A stretch of DNA of 64,000 bases from Octopus vulgaris (GCA_951406725.2 OX597818.1:125860001-125924000); one strand, 5' to 3'. Positions 14,205-28,359 are shown, counted from the first letter of the stretch. Notes: generated by a model not told the origin, from the sequence alone. Made by a program: numbers and translations.

Positions 14205-14759
14205 CATGGTGGCTGCCCCCTCGTTATCGAGTATGGCCATTGCACGAAGCTTAATCAATGTTGTTATCGTGCAATGCCTGTGCAAGAAAGATTTTTTTTT
14301 AAAGTGAGGAAGGCTGTGCACTGAGTCAATCCCACTCACTAAGCAACAGCAGTCATAATCCGAAAGAAGAACAAGTCAACATCATCGGTAACCACTGAGC
14401 CGCAGGTTTTATGTTGGAGTTATCCCAGTTACCTGAGTTACCTTCTCCTAGAAGGATGCCCCTAACAAAGGCTAGGGAGTCCTTCACTCCCAATGGTTTA
14501 ACCGCGCGATCGGGTATTCAGTTCGATTATTTCTATGTCCCCGCGCATGATACATCCTTAAGACATATATATTGGATGACCGTTGACTCTCAAGAGTTTC
14601 TCCGCCCTTTGACGGGTTTTGTTTTTCATCCCACAGGGTGTCCAATAAACACTCTCACCAAGCAAGCTTGGTGGGGTTGCCGGTTTAGTCGCCGACGACC
14701 CGACCATGCAACAGGTTGTACTGGATTACATGTTACCAGTAGCACTCGAAAGTGACATG
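14205..14759 (-). mobile_element. ~550-bp non-autonomous RTE-derived retroposon (5'UTR + 3' tail), inserted in (TATG)n
   Basis: Near-identical inverted copy at 33321-33874; RTE-type 5'UTR motif gggcatccttctaggagaaggtaactc; 3' tail shared with the RTE at 18490. Confidence 0.8.
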
Positions 14760-14777
14760 AAAAACATACATACGTAT

Positions 14778-14831
<54 letters not shown>

Positions 14832-15280
14832 TAAGGGCTTCTTTCAGTTTCTATTTACAAATCCACTCGCAAGTCCACAAGGCTCAGATCGGCCCAAGAC
14901 TATTGTGGAGGGCACGTCCTTAAGACATATATATTGGATGGCCGTTGACTCTTAAGAGTTTCTCCGCCCTTTGACGGGTTTTGTTTTTCATCCCGCAGGG
15001 TGTCCAATAAACACCCTCCTCACCAAGCAAGCTTGGTGGGGTTGCCGGTTTAGTCGACGACGACCCGACCATGCAACAGGTTGTACTGGATTACATGTTA
15101 CTAGTAGCACTCGAAAGTGACATGACATACATACATACATGCATACATATATATATACATACATACATACATACATATACATATATATATATATACACTA
15201 AGGGCTTCTTTCAGTTTCTATTTACAAATCCACTCACAAGTCCACAAGGCTCAGATCGGCCCAAGACTATTGTGGAGGGC
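14555..15280. repeat. ~362-bp tandem duplication (14555-14913 / 14917-15280)
   Basis: tccttaagacatatatattggatg...ggcccaagactattgtggagggc occurs twice, with a 3-nt filler (acg) at the junction. Confidence 0.9.
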
Positions 15281-15538
15281 TCTTGCCTAAGGAGCCACAC
15301 AGTGGGTTTGAACCGAGAATCATGCCGTTGGGAAGCAAGATTCTTATCACACAGCCATGCCTATACTTAAGCAATTATTTTATATTTTTATTTTACTTAT
15401 TATTTATTTTCTTTCAAATTCTCAAACGTGTACTTGTTTTGGGGCTACCTTCTATGTATGTGTGCGCGTATGCGCTTGTGAGTGTGTGTGCGTGTGGATA
15501 TATACGTACACACTTGTGTGTCTGTCGAACTCCTTCTT

Positions 15539-15576
<38 letters not shown>

Positions 15577-15853
15577 ACTATCTATTTATCTATCTATCTC
15601 TTTCTATGCATCTAACCTGTCAACGGCCACCAATGCTGCAATAAGATCTTATTTTGTGCACCGTAAAACGCCAGAGGGTTCTCGTTCTCCGAGTTCAAAT
15701 TACAACTTAATAGCTATGACCACAAAAGAAGGCAGTTGTCAATAGAAATACTATTGTATAAGGTGTAACACTCAGTTTCTCTTTCTCTCTCTCTCAAACA
15801 CACACACAGTCATATCTATACACACATACATATATATATATATATTTATATAC

Positions 15854-15945
<92 letters not shown>

Positions 15946-15962
15946 GTGTATATATGTATATA

Positions 15963-15996
<34 letters not shown>

Positions 15997-16071
15997 TATA
16001 TATATATATATATGTGTATATATATATATATGTATATATATATGTGTATATTTATCTCCCTCAATATTTAA

Positions 16072-16108
<37 letters not shown>

Positions 16109-16544
16109 AATATATACATGTATGTATATATATATGTATTATATATGTACATGCATACAAACATACATACATATATACATGTACACGCACACACATATAT
16201 ATATGCATTTGTGTGCGTGTGTGTGTGTGTGTGTGTGTCCGTCCTTGTGTGTGTGTGTATTCACGTGTCACTTGAGGTGGGATCCTGTAATCACATTCCC
16301 TATGTAAGCTTTGGCAAGTTGTTTTTAATTGGTGGGTGGTTCTGTTTTCTTGGTGCCATTTCCGCTGTAACTTGTCACCGTACATAAAAAAGCATATTCG
16401 CCCTCACACGTTTTATCACATACACATATATGTATATGGCAATATATATAGACTATCATACGCAAAAATATATATAATATATATGTCATCTTAAATATTT
16501 ATTGTAAGAATCCATGCATAGAGACATTAATATAAATACTCAAT

Positions 16545-16940
16545 CGCAGTCATGGCTGTGTGTCTATGAAGATTGCTTTCCAACCGCGAGTTTTGAGGTT
16601 CAGTCATTCCGTGTACTACCATGGGCATGTATCTTCTGCTATAGCCCTGGGCCGACGAATTCCTGTCGAATGGGTTTGATGAGAACTGTGTGGAAGCCCG
16701 TCGTATATGTGTATGTAAGTGTGTATGAGTGTGTGTTTGTGTGTGCCCCAACACAGCTTGACAACCGGTGCTGGTTTGTTTACGTCACTGCAGAAATAGC
16801 GGTGCGGTAAAAGCAACCGATAGAATAAGTACTAGAGTCTAACAAAATAAATACTGGGGTAGATTTGTTCGACTAAACCCTTCAAGCTGATGCTCGAGCA
16901 TAACCACAGTCCAAGGACTGAAACAATAGGATAAAAATTA
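16545..16940 (+). mobile_element. SINE family B, near full length
   Basis: tRNA-like head, internal (TG)-rich linker, tail ending in gactgaaacaataggataaaa. Confidence 0.8.
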
Positions 16941-17898
16941 AAACCACGTGGTTTTAGGTTCAAAACCTGTCGATGTTATTAGTGTATTTATCAAATATTA
17001 GGCTCAGCATCAGTCAATGTAAAATAAATAGAGGTGTCGGAGTTATCGTCCGTGATAAAACTTTTCTCAGACGTAAACCTCAGTACCTTAACTGTGAAGA
17101 TACATATATGTTAAAGATGAAACATAGATGTTTTTCTTTAAGTCTAATACGGACTCAATTGCGAACACAGTGTTTTTATTCAGTCCGGCGTCTATTCGCA
17201 ATTTCAGTGAATATATCAACCACTATTTCCTATATATATCAGAGGCTTCAGATTTCGTCTAGGCATATGATTGCACATCATTGACAACACTCAAGAAGGC
17301 CGAAATGTGTCTGGAGTTCTCACTAGCTGTTGCTAGGGTGATTTTAATCCCCTCAAGTGTATATTGTGCTTTTTTAACGCAACACGCCTATAAGAGGTGC
17401 CATCTTGGACGAAAACCGCAGTATTTTGCCTGTCAGCAATATGTATACATTAAATATGATGCTTAGATGGCTATTTTAATTTAATAATACTTCAATTGCA
17501 TACACCAATTCATTGATGCTATATTTTTTCTAATTTTTCGCTCATTGTATATGTAATTATTAATTAAATACAATCATATTTGGCTCCCTACTAATAAGTA
17601 TATTAACCACTACTTAACTATAAATATCCTGGTTAATTTTCGTATATGTACATACACACACATGCGCTCGCGCGTGTATATGCCACTCTAGCCACTATGC
17701 ATACATGTACTGACATATATGCATGCGTGTGTATGTGTACGGGTGCGTACGGGCGTCTGTTACAGAATAGCTTACTTTTCCTATTGTTAACTGACTGGCG
17801 ACGTATCTGTGAATTAAGTGACATAGTTATGGACAATGAACTGGTCTACATAAGTAATAGTAATATTTATAAAACTAAATGTATAAACAGTTCCTTAC

Positions 17899-17987
17899 CT
17901 GCGCTTGACATCATAACTAGTAATGCAGTCACCCGATAAGTGATAGTTACAGGATTCGTGTACCGACAAAGTTTGTTCTTTTTCTCA
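17899..17987 (-). CDS. putative 89-nt exon; ATG at 17914 gives MMSSA + phase 1
   Basis: Minus strand: cctgtttcag| acceptor and CAG|GTAAGG donor in unique sequence; the frame is open across the whole exon. Confidence 0.5.
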
Positions 17988-18061
17988 CTGAAACAGGAGC
18001 CTATGTTTTGTAATTCATTTTAACATGCTAGGCCAGTCATTTATACTTTGTTGATTTTGAC

Positions 18062-18378
18062 TGGCTCTCCGTCGCTTACTACGACAAGAGTCCCAGTTGA
18101 TCCCAATCAACGGAACAGCCTGCACTTGAAATTAACATACAAGTGGCTGAGTACTCCACAGACACGTGTACCCTTAACGTAGTTCTTAGGGAGATTCAGC
18201 ACGACACAGAATGCGACAAGACTGGCCCTTTGAAATACAGATACAACTCACTTTTTGCCTGCTGAGTGGACTGGAGCAACGTGAAATAAAATGTTTTGCT
18301 CAAAGTCACAACTTACCGCCGTGAATCGAACTAACGACGGTTGTGCGTCGAATACCTTAACCTATAAGCCACGCGCTA
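18062..18378 (-). mobile_element. SINE family C
   Basis: Reverse-complement match to 43791-44111. Confidence 0.8.
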
Positions 18379-18489
18379 TGCTAATTTTGCACACACACAT
18401 ACACACACACACATGCACACACATACACACATACATACATACATACATACATACATACATACATACATACATACATACATACATACATA

Positions 18490-18965
18490 CATGATGGCCG
18501 TCCACTCGTGACCGAGGAAGACCATTGCCGACCTTCAGGAACATTGTGCGCTCTAGGACTAACTTATATTTTGCATTTGCGGCTCTGTTGGTGGCTAATG
18601 AGCCCTTCTCTTGACAAGGGTACACGACTGCAAACATTGCAGACCAAGCTTTCCCCATTCACTATACGAGCCGTGCGCTTTCGCGCAGCTCGCTTAAGTT
18701 CTTCATGCTGGATACGTGCTCTCTCAAAAGTGTCGATCCCCTCCTTAACCTGCTTCCTCCATCTGTGGCGATGACAAGCATTGTTCTCCCAGTCAGTGCC
18801 CTGCATATCAAAGGCCTTTAACGAGGACTTGACACAGTCCTTAAATCGCAGCCTTGGTTTCTGCCGGAGTCTCCTACCATTCACAAGTTCTCCATAGAGG
18901 ATCTGCTTAGGAATCCTTCTATCCTCAATTCTAATAAGGTGTCCAGTCCAACGCAACCGGTGCTT
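18490..18965 (-). mobile_element. 5'-truncated RTE-clade LINE (ORF C-terminus, stop at 18564, short 3'UTR), flanked by (TATG)n on both sides
   Basis: RLRWTGHLIRIEDRRIPKQILYGEL...RLRFKDCVK...CNVCSR...GLISHQQS is the typical RTE C-terminus with a C2H2-like tail. Confidence 0.9.
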
Positions 18966-19585
18966 GTGTACATACATACATACATACATACATACATACA
19001 TACATACATACATACATACATACATACATACATACATACATACATAATCATGGAAACTCGTGTAAAATAATTGTTAGACTAAACACTTGTATATTCAGTG
19101 TGAAAATTTTTCACGGACAATCTCTCATCGCGTAATTTTTCTCTCTCCATTCTCTGCAAATATTCCTTTGCAGACAAAATTTTTCATGCAAAAACAGTAT
19201 TTCTTAAATTTATTTTCTGTTCACTTCGCAAATAAAAGAAAACATGTTCCGAGCGCATCTTTACTGATAACCAGGAAATCAATGGGAAAATAGATTTCGT
19301 CTTACGAAGTTTTACGCTACTGCAAAATTCTCAGGAAGCAACATTTTCGAAACGCCTACAATATATGTATATATATAGTAACAAACTGACGAAAAGAAAT
19401 CCTTCAAATGGGTGTGTTAAACACCCAATTCACTGGTACGTCAGTTGGATACCATATAAATATTGGTATACTTAAATTATAGCGATAAATTAAATATTGA
19501 GATATACAATTGATAATCCAATTATTTATTTGTATTACAATATTGCATTGAATGCTATATAATATCATATAACATAAATAATTAT

Positions 19586-19692
19586 AAAAACCATAAAAGA
19601 CCAACAAATTGTTTCGACTTATATGTATTATTTTTTTATATACATAATCGCAGTTCCCTTATATATAAAGTCACTTCAGTTTCATGGTTTAA
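19586..19692 (-). ncRNA. degenerate HHR remnant in a PLE terminal repeat (~19375-19700)
   Basis: Minus: CTGAAGT-gactt...aagtc-GAAA-caatttg-TT; A9 is mutated and helix I is disrupted. Confidence 0.4.
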
Positions 19693-20029
19693 CAAAAAAC
19701 GAAATTCCGTGTGAAAGGACGGCTGGATTGTAAAAATTAATTCAAATGTATTTGTGTTATGAGCGTGAGCGTTAACTATTCAATCATACATCAATTACAA
19801 TTAAAAAACAGCAACAAAAAAAACTTTAACGGGCGATACAATCAAGTAAGTGCAATCCACAACCATCGAAATTCACTTCATTACATCTCAGACACTTACC
19901 AATTGAAACCCTTTCATGTCCAAGACAGTCGCTTGTCACCACAACATACAACAATAAGATATGCGTGTATATAAATATATATAATTATCTAAGTTTTCTC
20001 CTACGTATAACTGCAACTAAAAATATATA

Positions 20030-20670
20030 TTCTTTTATTATTTTATTTGTTACAGTCATTTGACTGTGGCCATGCTGGAGTACCGCCTTGAAGAGTTTTC
20101 TAGTCGAAGAAATCGACCCCAGGACTTATTCTGTCTATCTATTGCCGAACTGCTACGTTACGGGGACGTAAACACACCAACATCGGTTGTCAAGCGATGG
20201 TGGGTGACAAATATAGTCACAGACACACACACACACACACACACACAAGCACAGTGACATACACACGCCCATATATATATGGCGGTGAGCTGGCAGAAAC
20301 GTTAGCACGCCGGGCGAAATGCGTAGCCGTATTTCGTCTGCCGTTACGTTCTGAGTTCAAATTCCGCCGATGTCGACTTTGCCTTTCATCCTTTCGGGGT
20401 TGATAAATAAAGTACCAGTTACGCCCTGGGGTCGATGTAATCGACTTAATCCCTTTGTCTGTCCTTGTTTGTCCCCTCTATGTTTAGCCCCTTGTGGGCA
20501 GTAAAGAAATATATATATGACGGGCTTCTTTCAGTTTCCATCTTCCAAATCCACTCATAAGGTTTTGGTTGGTCTGTAGCTATAGTAGAAGTCACTTGCC
20601 AAAGAGGCCACACAGTGAGATTGAACCCGGAACCATGTGGTTAGGAAGCAAGCGTCTTACCACACCGCTA
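20030..20670 (-). mobile_element. SINE family B containing a nested SINE A
   Basis: Tail 20030-20220, head 20518-20670. Confidence 0.8.
20280..20510 (+). mobile_element. SINE family A, young full-length copy
   Basis: ggcggtgagctggcagaaacgttagcacgccgggcgaaatgcg...gagttcaaattcc (B box)...gtaaagaaat; flanked by (TA)n. Confidence 0.9.
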
Positions 20671-20686
20671 CGCCAGTATGTGTGTG

Positions 20687-20720
<34 letters not shown>

Positions 20721-21910
20721 GGTGTGTGTGTGTGTATGCGTATGTGTGGGTGGGAGCTTTATCTCTAATATATCAAGAGTGAGTTTGAAGCTTGTTTGCA
20801 ATGTTACCCTGCCAAAGTGGTGCATAATAGGGAAATACTATGAATTAATCTCCCTTGAAATGTGAATACGAACGGAATAAAACAAGTTTCGCGTAAATCG
20901 AACAATTGGCTGTTGAGATAGGGGTTTTCGGGGATGTAAATACTCAAAACGGTGCATAATGGGAAAATACTCAGAACATAACTTAACCCTGTAAGGGAAG
21001 AAACTCTAACCTTTGGATAAGACACAGTGACTTCATAACGAAAAATGTTTCTATTTTCGCTTTTGTTAAACACAATATTTTAATCATTTAGAAATATGTT
21101 TAAGTGAATGTGATTTCAAAAAAGTAAATTGTTTGTACAATAAGTATTTATATTTTAGCTTTCTTTCAACAGGCAATATTCCAATTGCATTTAAAAACTA
21201 TTTTTCAAGTGAAAATGACTTAAAAAATACGGTAACCTTGGTGTGAAATAATTTTTTTCCATGGGTATTTTCGAATCCATTTAACGTATATTTTATAGGT
21301 CAAAAATATTTTTTTATATTTGAGAAGACTTTCGAGGTAAACCACAGAGGGCTGAAACTGCAAACCACGTTCATACATGTGTATGTAAATAAATAAACCA
21401 CACAGGTTTCAGCAAGCTGGTGTGAGGGTTGGACTGTTTAGTTTTGTCTTTAATTAAATAACTGCATCATGTCTTATAGCCAGATGAAATAATGGAGGAT
21501 TATACTTTTATATAATAAATTAACAAAATAATCACTGTTTGAAATAGACAACAAGAGAACCAAAGCTGTGTTGTTATGAATAAATAAGAAAATGAAAGCC
21601 ATATAAAGATATATGTTGATATAAGAGATCGCTAATCAGTTTTTAAATAACGCTGAAATTAGTTGATCACATGATCACTCCAAATTCTCGAGAGCGTTAT
21701 ATATTATTCATGATCAATTTTCAATAGTTGTATGCGTATTAAACATATTATGACTTGTCTGCGGATTCATTTAGTCATATCCACGTTGCCTTAGTACTAC
21801 AGTTGTTGAAATTATGTATACACGTATACATGTATACACGAGAAAGCGCATAAATACAAAACGCGGTGGAAAAAGTAGTACTCGAATGCTTTTGTTAAAT
21901 CTGAAAAAGT

Positions 21911-22037
21911 CCTCACACACTGTTACCCAGAGTTTCACGTTACCGTTCGTGGAACAGTTGTGATCATACAGTATGCATAATGATTACAGTTGTCCGACGA
22001 ACGGTAACGTGAAACTCAGAGTAACAGTTTGTGAAGG
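21911..22037. repeat. imperfect ~57-bp-arm hairpin made of two head-to-head HHR motifs
   Basis: ctgttacccagagtttcacgttaccgttcgt...atcat and atgat...acgaacggtaacgtgaaactcagagtaacag are reverse complements. Confidence 0.85.
21990..22027 (+). ncRNA. minimal type I hammerhead ribozyme, CCGACGA core
   Basis: ttgt-CCGACGA-acg gtaa cgt-GAAA-ctcagag-TA-acag. Confidence 0.7.
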
Positions 22038-22141
22038 TAGTTTCGGGTTTGATAAAAGTATATACATATATGTATATGTTTATGTGTGCGTGCCTCTGAG
22101 TGTGTGTGTGTGTGTGTTCGTGTGTGTGTGTGTGTGTGTGT

Positions 22142-22187
<46 letters not shown>

Positions 22188-22631
22188 TTATGTGTATGGA
22201 GATTTTGTAGCAGGTAAACATAAGTTGGTACTATAGCTTTTCGAAATATTCATGCATATATATGTGTGTGTGTATTCACATGCATATATGCATGTATTAT
22301 AAGAGTGCATGCATCTGTGTACGCATGTGTCTGCAGAGATACTGTCTCTAAATACGTGCGTAAGGCAGATAAAAATGCAGACACAGAGAACATAGTGAGG
22401 GCATAAGTGAATCGGCGAGAAACAAAAAGACAGACAGGGGTAAACAAATATTGGCAGATTAGACGGACAGAAAGAAAGACGGGGAGCAAGATATGACGCC
22501 TAGAGATACACAGAATATACGTATTAGATAGGAACAGATTAGCGAACTATTCGCTCAACCAGCATGCATTCGTATCAAACAACAAAAGTTATGTTGTGTT
22601 CTCGAAGATCTCTGACTCTATCTCTCACTTC

Positions 22632-22692
<61 letters not shown>

Positions 22693-23073
22693 ACACACAC
22701 ACTCACACACAAACACACAAACACACATAGAGTAGAGGCGTCTATTTTATTTGAAGTAATATCCGTGTTGTTCGTTTATTGTAAGCTATTTCATAGATCT
22801 CTCCATTTCGGAGGATCAAGTTGTACATAGGAACCTTCTAGTTCTAGACCGACTTCCATCAGAAACCAACAATAAACGAACACCAGGAAGCAACAGGGAG
22901 GTGTGAGAGAGGGTTAAAAATGGAGTATATACTAATGAAGACAGAGGGGAAGAAAAAGAGGGAAGGGATGAAAACAAAATAGAAGCTGCGGTTATCCGAC
23001 AGAGTAGGCACAAAGAAGACAAGTACTACTGCTGAGAATCTTTGTATGGATAATATGTACTTACGTGTATGTA

Positions 23074-23174
<101 letters not shown>

Positions 23175-23186
23175 GTATATATGTAT

Positions 23187-23237
<51 letters not shown>

Positions 23238-23809
23238 AAGGCGTGTGTGTGTATGCATAGTGTGAGCAGACGAACAACCGTATCGTGTGGTTACAAAAAT
23301 ATTGACGACATACCACGTGACTCAAGAGAAGAAAGTCGGATGTTATTTTGCTTCCCTCTTTGTTGCTGCTATTTTATGGAATACCATGAACGTAATTTCC
23401 TTTTGATTTATCCATTAAACTGATTCAAGAAAAATATTTTGACTGAAAAAGAATATAATGTTGGTCAACAGTTGATAGGGGCGTACAGAGACCCAGAAAA
23501 CCTTTGCATACGTATACAAACATACATACATATATACATACATACATACATACATACATACATACATACATACTTATACATACATATATTACACACACGC
23601 ACACACGCGCGCACACACACACACACACATATATATATATAGGCGTATGTGTGTACATATATATGGACTTATGTGTGTGTATATATATGGGCGTATGCGT
23701 GCTTTGTGTATGTACATATACATATCCCTTTGTGGGCGTTTTGTATATGTACGGGATCCTCTGCGTATGTGTATGTATGATGTTCGAGTGTATTTGCATA
23801 AAGAAACAG

Positions 23810-23871
<62 letters not shown>

Positions 23872-24179
23872 GAAGGAAGGAAGAAAGAAACAAACAAAGA
23901 AACGTGTCATTTTATGGAACAGAATCTGATAAAAGCATTTATGATTTTCCCATCACGTGCTCATTCATTAGTGGGCTAATTTCGGTATAGGTCGAATATT
24001 GAAGACCCGTGTATGTTTATTACTCGTATATGTATTCTACTGAAGAAACATACACCCTAAGTATATGACTGGATCACGTTTCGTACGTTTCTTTCCGCAT
24101 GATTTCCTAAAGACACATGAGGTATCAATGATGTGTTTTATTTTTGAATTGTGCAAACATATAACCAACAAATACTTTA

Positions 24180-24350
<171 letters not shown>

Positions 24351-24355
24351 ATCTA

Positions 24356-24418
<63 letters not shown>

Positions 24419-24478
24419 TGTGGTGTTGAACATTCATTTTCATCGTTCGACATTTGCGTATATGTGTGTGTGTGTGGG

Positions 24479-24517
<39 letters not shown>

Positions 24518-24710
24518 CATATATACATATACATATACATATACATATATATATATATACATGTTTATTAATTTTTATTATTTATATCAGTATGTATATT
24601 TATATTTATATGTATATGAGTATGAGTATATGCACTCATATGTATATGTATATGTTTTATTATGGGTATATACCCACACCTTTATAAGTATATATGTAAT
24701 CTAATTTGTA

Positions 24711-24837
24711 ATCTCCGAAGAGGCCTTAGGATGCTTTTTTAAATGTCTCATTTATAACTACATATTGACCTACCATAAATGGCTAATATGAGTTGAATGT
24801 GACATGCTTATCTACATGGCCGAAACAGCTGTAAGAT
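24711..24837 (+). ncRNA. type I hammerhead ribozyme, CCGAAGA core, long helix II, in a PLE terminal repeat (~24550-25070)
   Basis: atct-CCGAAGA-ggcc...ggcc-GAAA-cagctg-TA-agat; palindromic helix III; downstream AATAAA and a T-rich tail ending in (TA)n. Confidence 0.7.
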
Positions 24838-25069
24838 ATAGTCTATATTTATATTCATGTGTACTTATATTTATGTTCTATTATACGTATTCTACTTATT
24901 GTATAACATTACTATTTTATTTACACTCCTTCATGTACACTGTTTTACCCTGCATTATTATGTTTAACCTTATAGTTTCTTATGTAGTGGTTTAATAAAG
25001 TATGTGATTGAGTATTATCTGGTAATTGATATTTGATTTCGATGTATTTCTCCATTTTCTTATTTTGTA

Positions 25070-25124
25070 TATATATATATATAATAGCTGAAAAGCCGCC
25101 CGACAGGGCGGCTTTTAAGTTAGT
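25070..25124 (+). mobile_element. Helitron-like 3' terminal hairpin (possible mini-Helitron)
   Basis: Perfect 11-bp stem aaaagccgccc-gaca-gggcggctttt followed by aagTTAG|T (CTAG-like end). Confidence 0.5.
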
Positions 25125-25255
25125 ATATGGCGTTTAAGCTACTGTCCCCGAATGGGAAGATCTTGTTTTGGAGAATATATTGCAAATGCTTCCTCCAGAG
25201 TCATATCCCAATGATGATCATATTCGTCGCATAAAAAATTCACGTAAAATAATCA

Positions 25256-25419
25256 CTGGATTTTGCAATTAAATTCAATTATTCCCCAAACTTATTTCCA
25301 CGTTATAAAAATTGTTATCGTACAAAAAAATTCGTCACGAAAAGTCGCCGAAAACGATCGCAGTACTGAAAACATGGGAATAAATTTTGGGAATAATTGA
25401 AATTAATTGCAAAATACAG
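25256..25419. mobile_element. MITE-like element with ~45-bp inverted repeats
   Basis: ctggattttgcaattaaattcaattattcccc... versus ...gggaataattgaaattaattgcaaaatacag. Confidence 0.7.
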
Positions 25420-25439
25420 CGAAATATTGACCTTGCGCA

Positions 25440-25770
25440 CTAATACACTGGAACCAGCTTTCATGCCACTTTTAGAATCCAGCCTGGAAGTCGTTTTCCG
25501 TCAGCAGGTAGAAGACCTTCTGCGATTCGCTCTGGAATCTCGACAACGGTGTGCAAACAGCCACCTTTGAACTGCATTTTCCTGATAGGGAAGAGATGGA
25601 AGTATGCAGGTGCGAATAAGGCAAGTGCGGAAGCGATACCATGTTGTTTTTGGCTAGAAACTCATGAACGAGGAGAGCTCAGTGCATTGTCGTCGTGAAG
25701 AATCCAATTACCCGTGCTTCACAGATCCAGTCGCCTTCGCCCAATGTTCTCCCTCTAACGCTTCAAAATT
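25440..25770 (-). mobile_element. mariner transposase C-terminal fragment (pseudogene)
   Basis: WILHDDNA...HEFLAKNNMVSLPH...LTENDFQAGF*KWHESW. Confidence 0.75.
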
Positions 25771-25968
25771 TTGAAACTTGCTATCGATGGCAAAGAAGTC
25801 CTATTTCGTGTCTCATTGTGTTTTTACTAGTGTTGTTTAGCACCAGGTCAACTCTAATCTACCAACCTTGTCATCAAAAGCGTTGCATCTGTGAAAATTC
25901 CATTGGATTTCTTTTTCTTTTTAAGTCATTCTGCATATTTGGCCACAACTTCTGTTCTTTTATCTCCT

Positions 25969-26002
<34 letters not shown>

Positions 26003-26677
26003 CTCTCTCTCCCTATATCTCTCTTTCAATCGATTTGTTTTGAGAAGTGGGTGAGATACAAGCGATAACTTCTTGTAGAAAAACTCATATGCTATTGGAG
26101 TCACCCACGTACGGGGCGATATGCTTTTCACTACAGCTTGAAATAAGTTCAATACAACTTGAGGCTATTTATCCTTTCGTCAGCACTGGCTGAGCTTATC
26201 TCTGATCGAAAGAATTTCTGGCATGAGAAAAAGGTATTATTGTATGTCTATAATGTGATTGTCCAATGCATCATTGTTTTTATAAAGATGGTTGGATTTG
26301 AGTTGAAGGCAGCGAATTGGCAGAGTCTTTAGGAGATTGGATAGAATGCCTCACGGTATTTTTTCCGACTCTGCGCTCTCAGTTCAATTTCCAACGAAGT
26401 CAACTTTACCTTTTATCTTTCCGTGGTTGATAAGAACGTGCCTGTCTAGGGCTCTAAATTTACACAACTGAATACTGTCTAGCTCTTTACGTTCTGATAA
26501 CAGCATCTGCAACGACAAAAGTTGTATCAGTCCTAGTCGGTTGTTTTTCACTGCGAGAAACATCGGTGGCTTGGAGAGCGGGGACCTTTCTTAGTGGTTT
26601 GAAAAAATTAACCAGGCTTGCAGATGCAAGAGCCGCAATAATCCTTCTAGGGTTAGATTCATAGGAGATTTTGCTGC

Positions 26678-27199
26678 TACTATATTTTCCAGCATACAAG
26701 TCGACGTTGTATATAAGTCGAGGTAGATTTTTCAGTAAAAAATCAGTGTTTAAGTCTATACTCACCGTATAATTTGACCCCCTTTATCTCGAAAAACCAT
26801 TCTGCCTGAAATTTTTCTCTACGGAGAAAAATGGAATATTTCGTAATCAGGTGAAAAGGAGTCGAAATAAGGAAAAAAACAATTACCATTGGAAGTAATG
26901 TTTAAATACTTTAAATTTTATTTTATGATATTTGCCTTTATTTATGATTATAATTGCACATCTATATGAGCACAAAGTAAATATAAATAGAAATAACAGG
27001 TAACTAAATTTTATGTTATACGCCGCCATGTGCACCAGAAATGTAAACATTGAAACAACGTCACCATTTTTTCAAATCCTCTTGCATTCACATGGAGTTT
27101 TTCCTCCTCTGTAGCCGTCTGGGTGAATAAGTTGACCTCCTTGTTTGGGAAATAAATATTGGGCAGAAAAATTCGAGTTGTACACCGGAAAATACTGTA
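26678..27199. mobile_element. pogo/Tigger-like MITE remnant
   Basis: tattttccagcatacaagtcga at the left end and tcgagttgtacaccggaaaatactgta at the right are degenerate TIRs. A similar remnant lies at ~10475-10668. Confidence 0.5.
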
Positions 27200-27762
27200 T
27201 TTTTAAGCAGGTCGTGCGATCTCGAAAATTCCTTGTTTTCTGTGTTACATCAAAGATGTGATTTGTATAAAAATGAATGTAGTTTCTTTTTATACTTCTG
27301 GATGTCAGCTAAATATACGAATCCACAGCGCAGGTTGTTGACATTTCTCGTTGGTTCAGTATCCACCTGGGTGGTTTATGACAGATAATTTTTTTAACAT
27401 ATGCGCAATAGGCATCTTTCATGTATGCGTGTATGTTTGTATAAGTTTGTATATGCATATGTCTATACGCATTTGTTTTTATCCATGCATCCATATGTAT
27501 GTATACATGAGTATGTGTATGTATATATATATGAAAGAATGCATATGTATGTATACTTATAAACACCTTGGTCTGAATGTGTATGTGTATGCGTGTGTAG
27601 ATGTTTGGTTCATATCTAAGCAAGTATCTCTGAATATATATTACTATCTTCCTGACTGTATATCTGTCTGTCGGTCTGTCTGTTTCTCTTTCTTTCTCTC
27701 TTTCTTCCTTCCTTCCTTCTTTCCTTCTTTTCCTTTCTTTCTTTCCTTCTTTCTTTCTTTCC

Positions 27763-27872
<110 letters not shown>

Positions 27873-28304
27873 GTTTCTATCTATCAATTTATCTATCTAT
27901 TAGTGTGTATGTGTGTGTGTGTACAAATATATTTTGCCACCACCAAGATGAAACATAACCGTCTGAAGTTGCGGTGTTTGTAGATGTTTTTATGTTTATA
28001 AGAAAATAGAAATCACACTTGAAAGGCCTCTTGTCAGTGAAATATGTTAGTGATGTGACTAAATGAAATACGATAATCTTTTTAACATTGTATAAGATTT
28101 AAAAGGGTCTTAGTTATCCCAGAGGACCTTCGGTTCTTATTTGTTATTTTTAGTTCCATCTTTTGTACACCCACGCAGTCATTCATAAATTCTGTGAGTT
28201 TACACACACACACACACATTCGTATGTGAGCTTATCTATGTCAATATATGTAAACATGTATGTATGCATATATCTATATCTATATAATATACATACATAT
28301 ATAC

Positions 28305-28348
<44 letters not shown>

Positions 28349-28359
28349 CTATATATATG

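Larger units (their letters stand above)
13990..15365 (-). mobile_element. SINE family B (tail 13990-14100, head ~15195-15365) with nested insertions
   Basis: Head and tail match the other B copies and are separated by an RTE-derived element and a duplication. Confidence 0.75.

Noticed and set aside
17288-17320. ctcaagaaggccgaaatgtgtc HHR-like string (similar weak ones at ~21395-21480 and ~39918-39955)
   Set aside because: Too many core and helix lesions to support a call.
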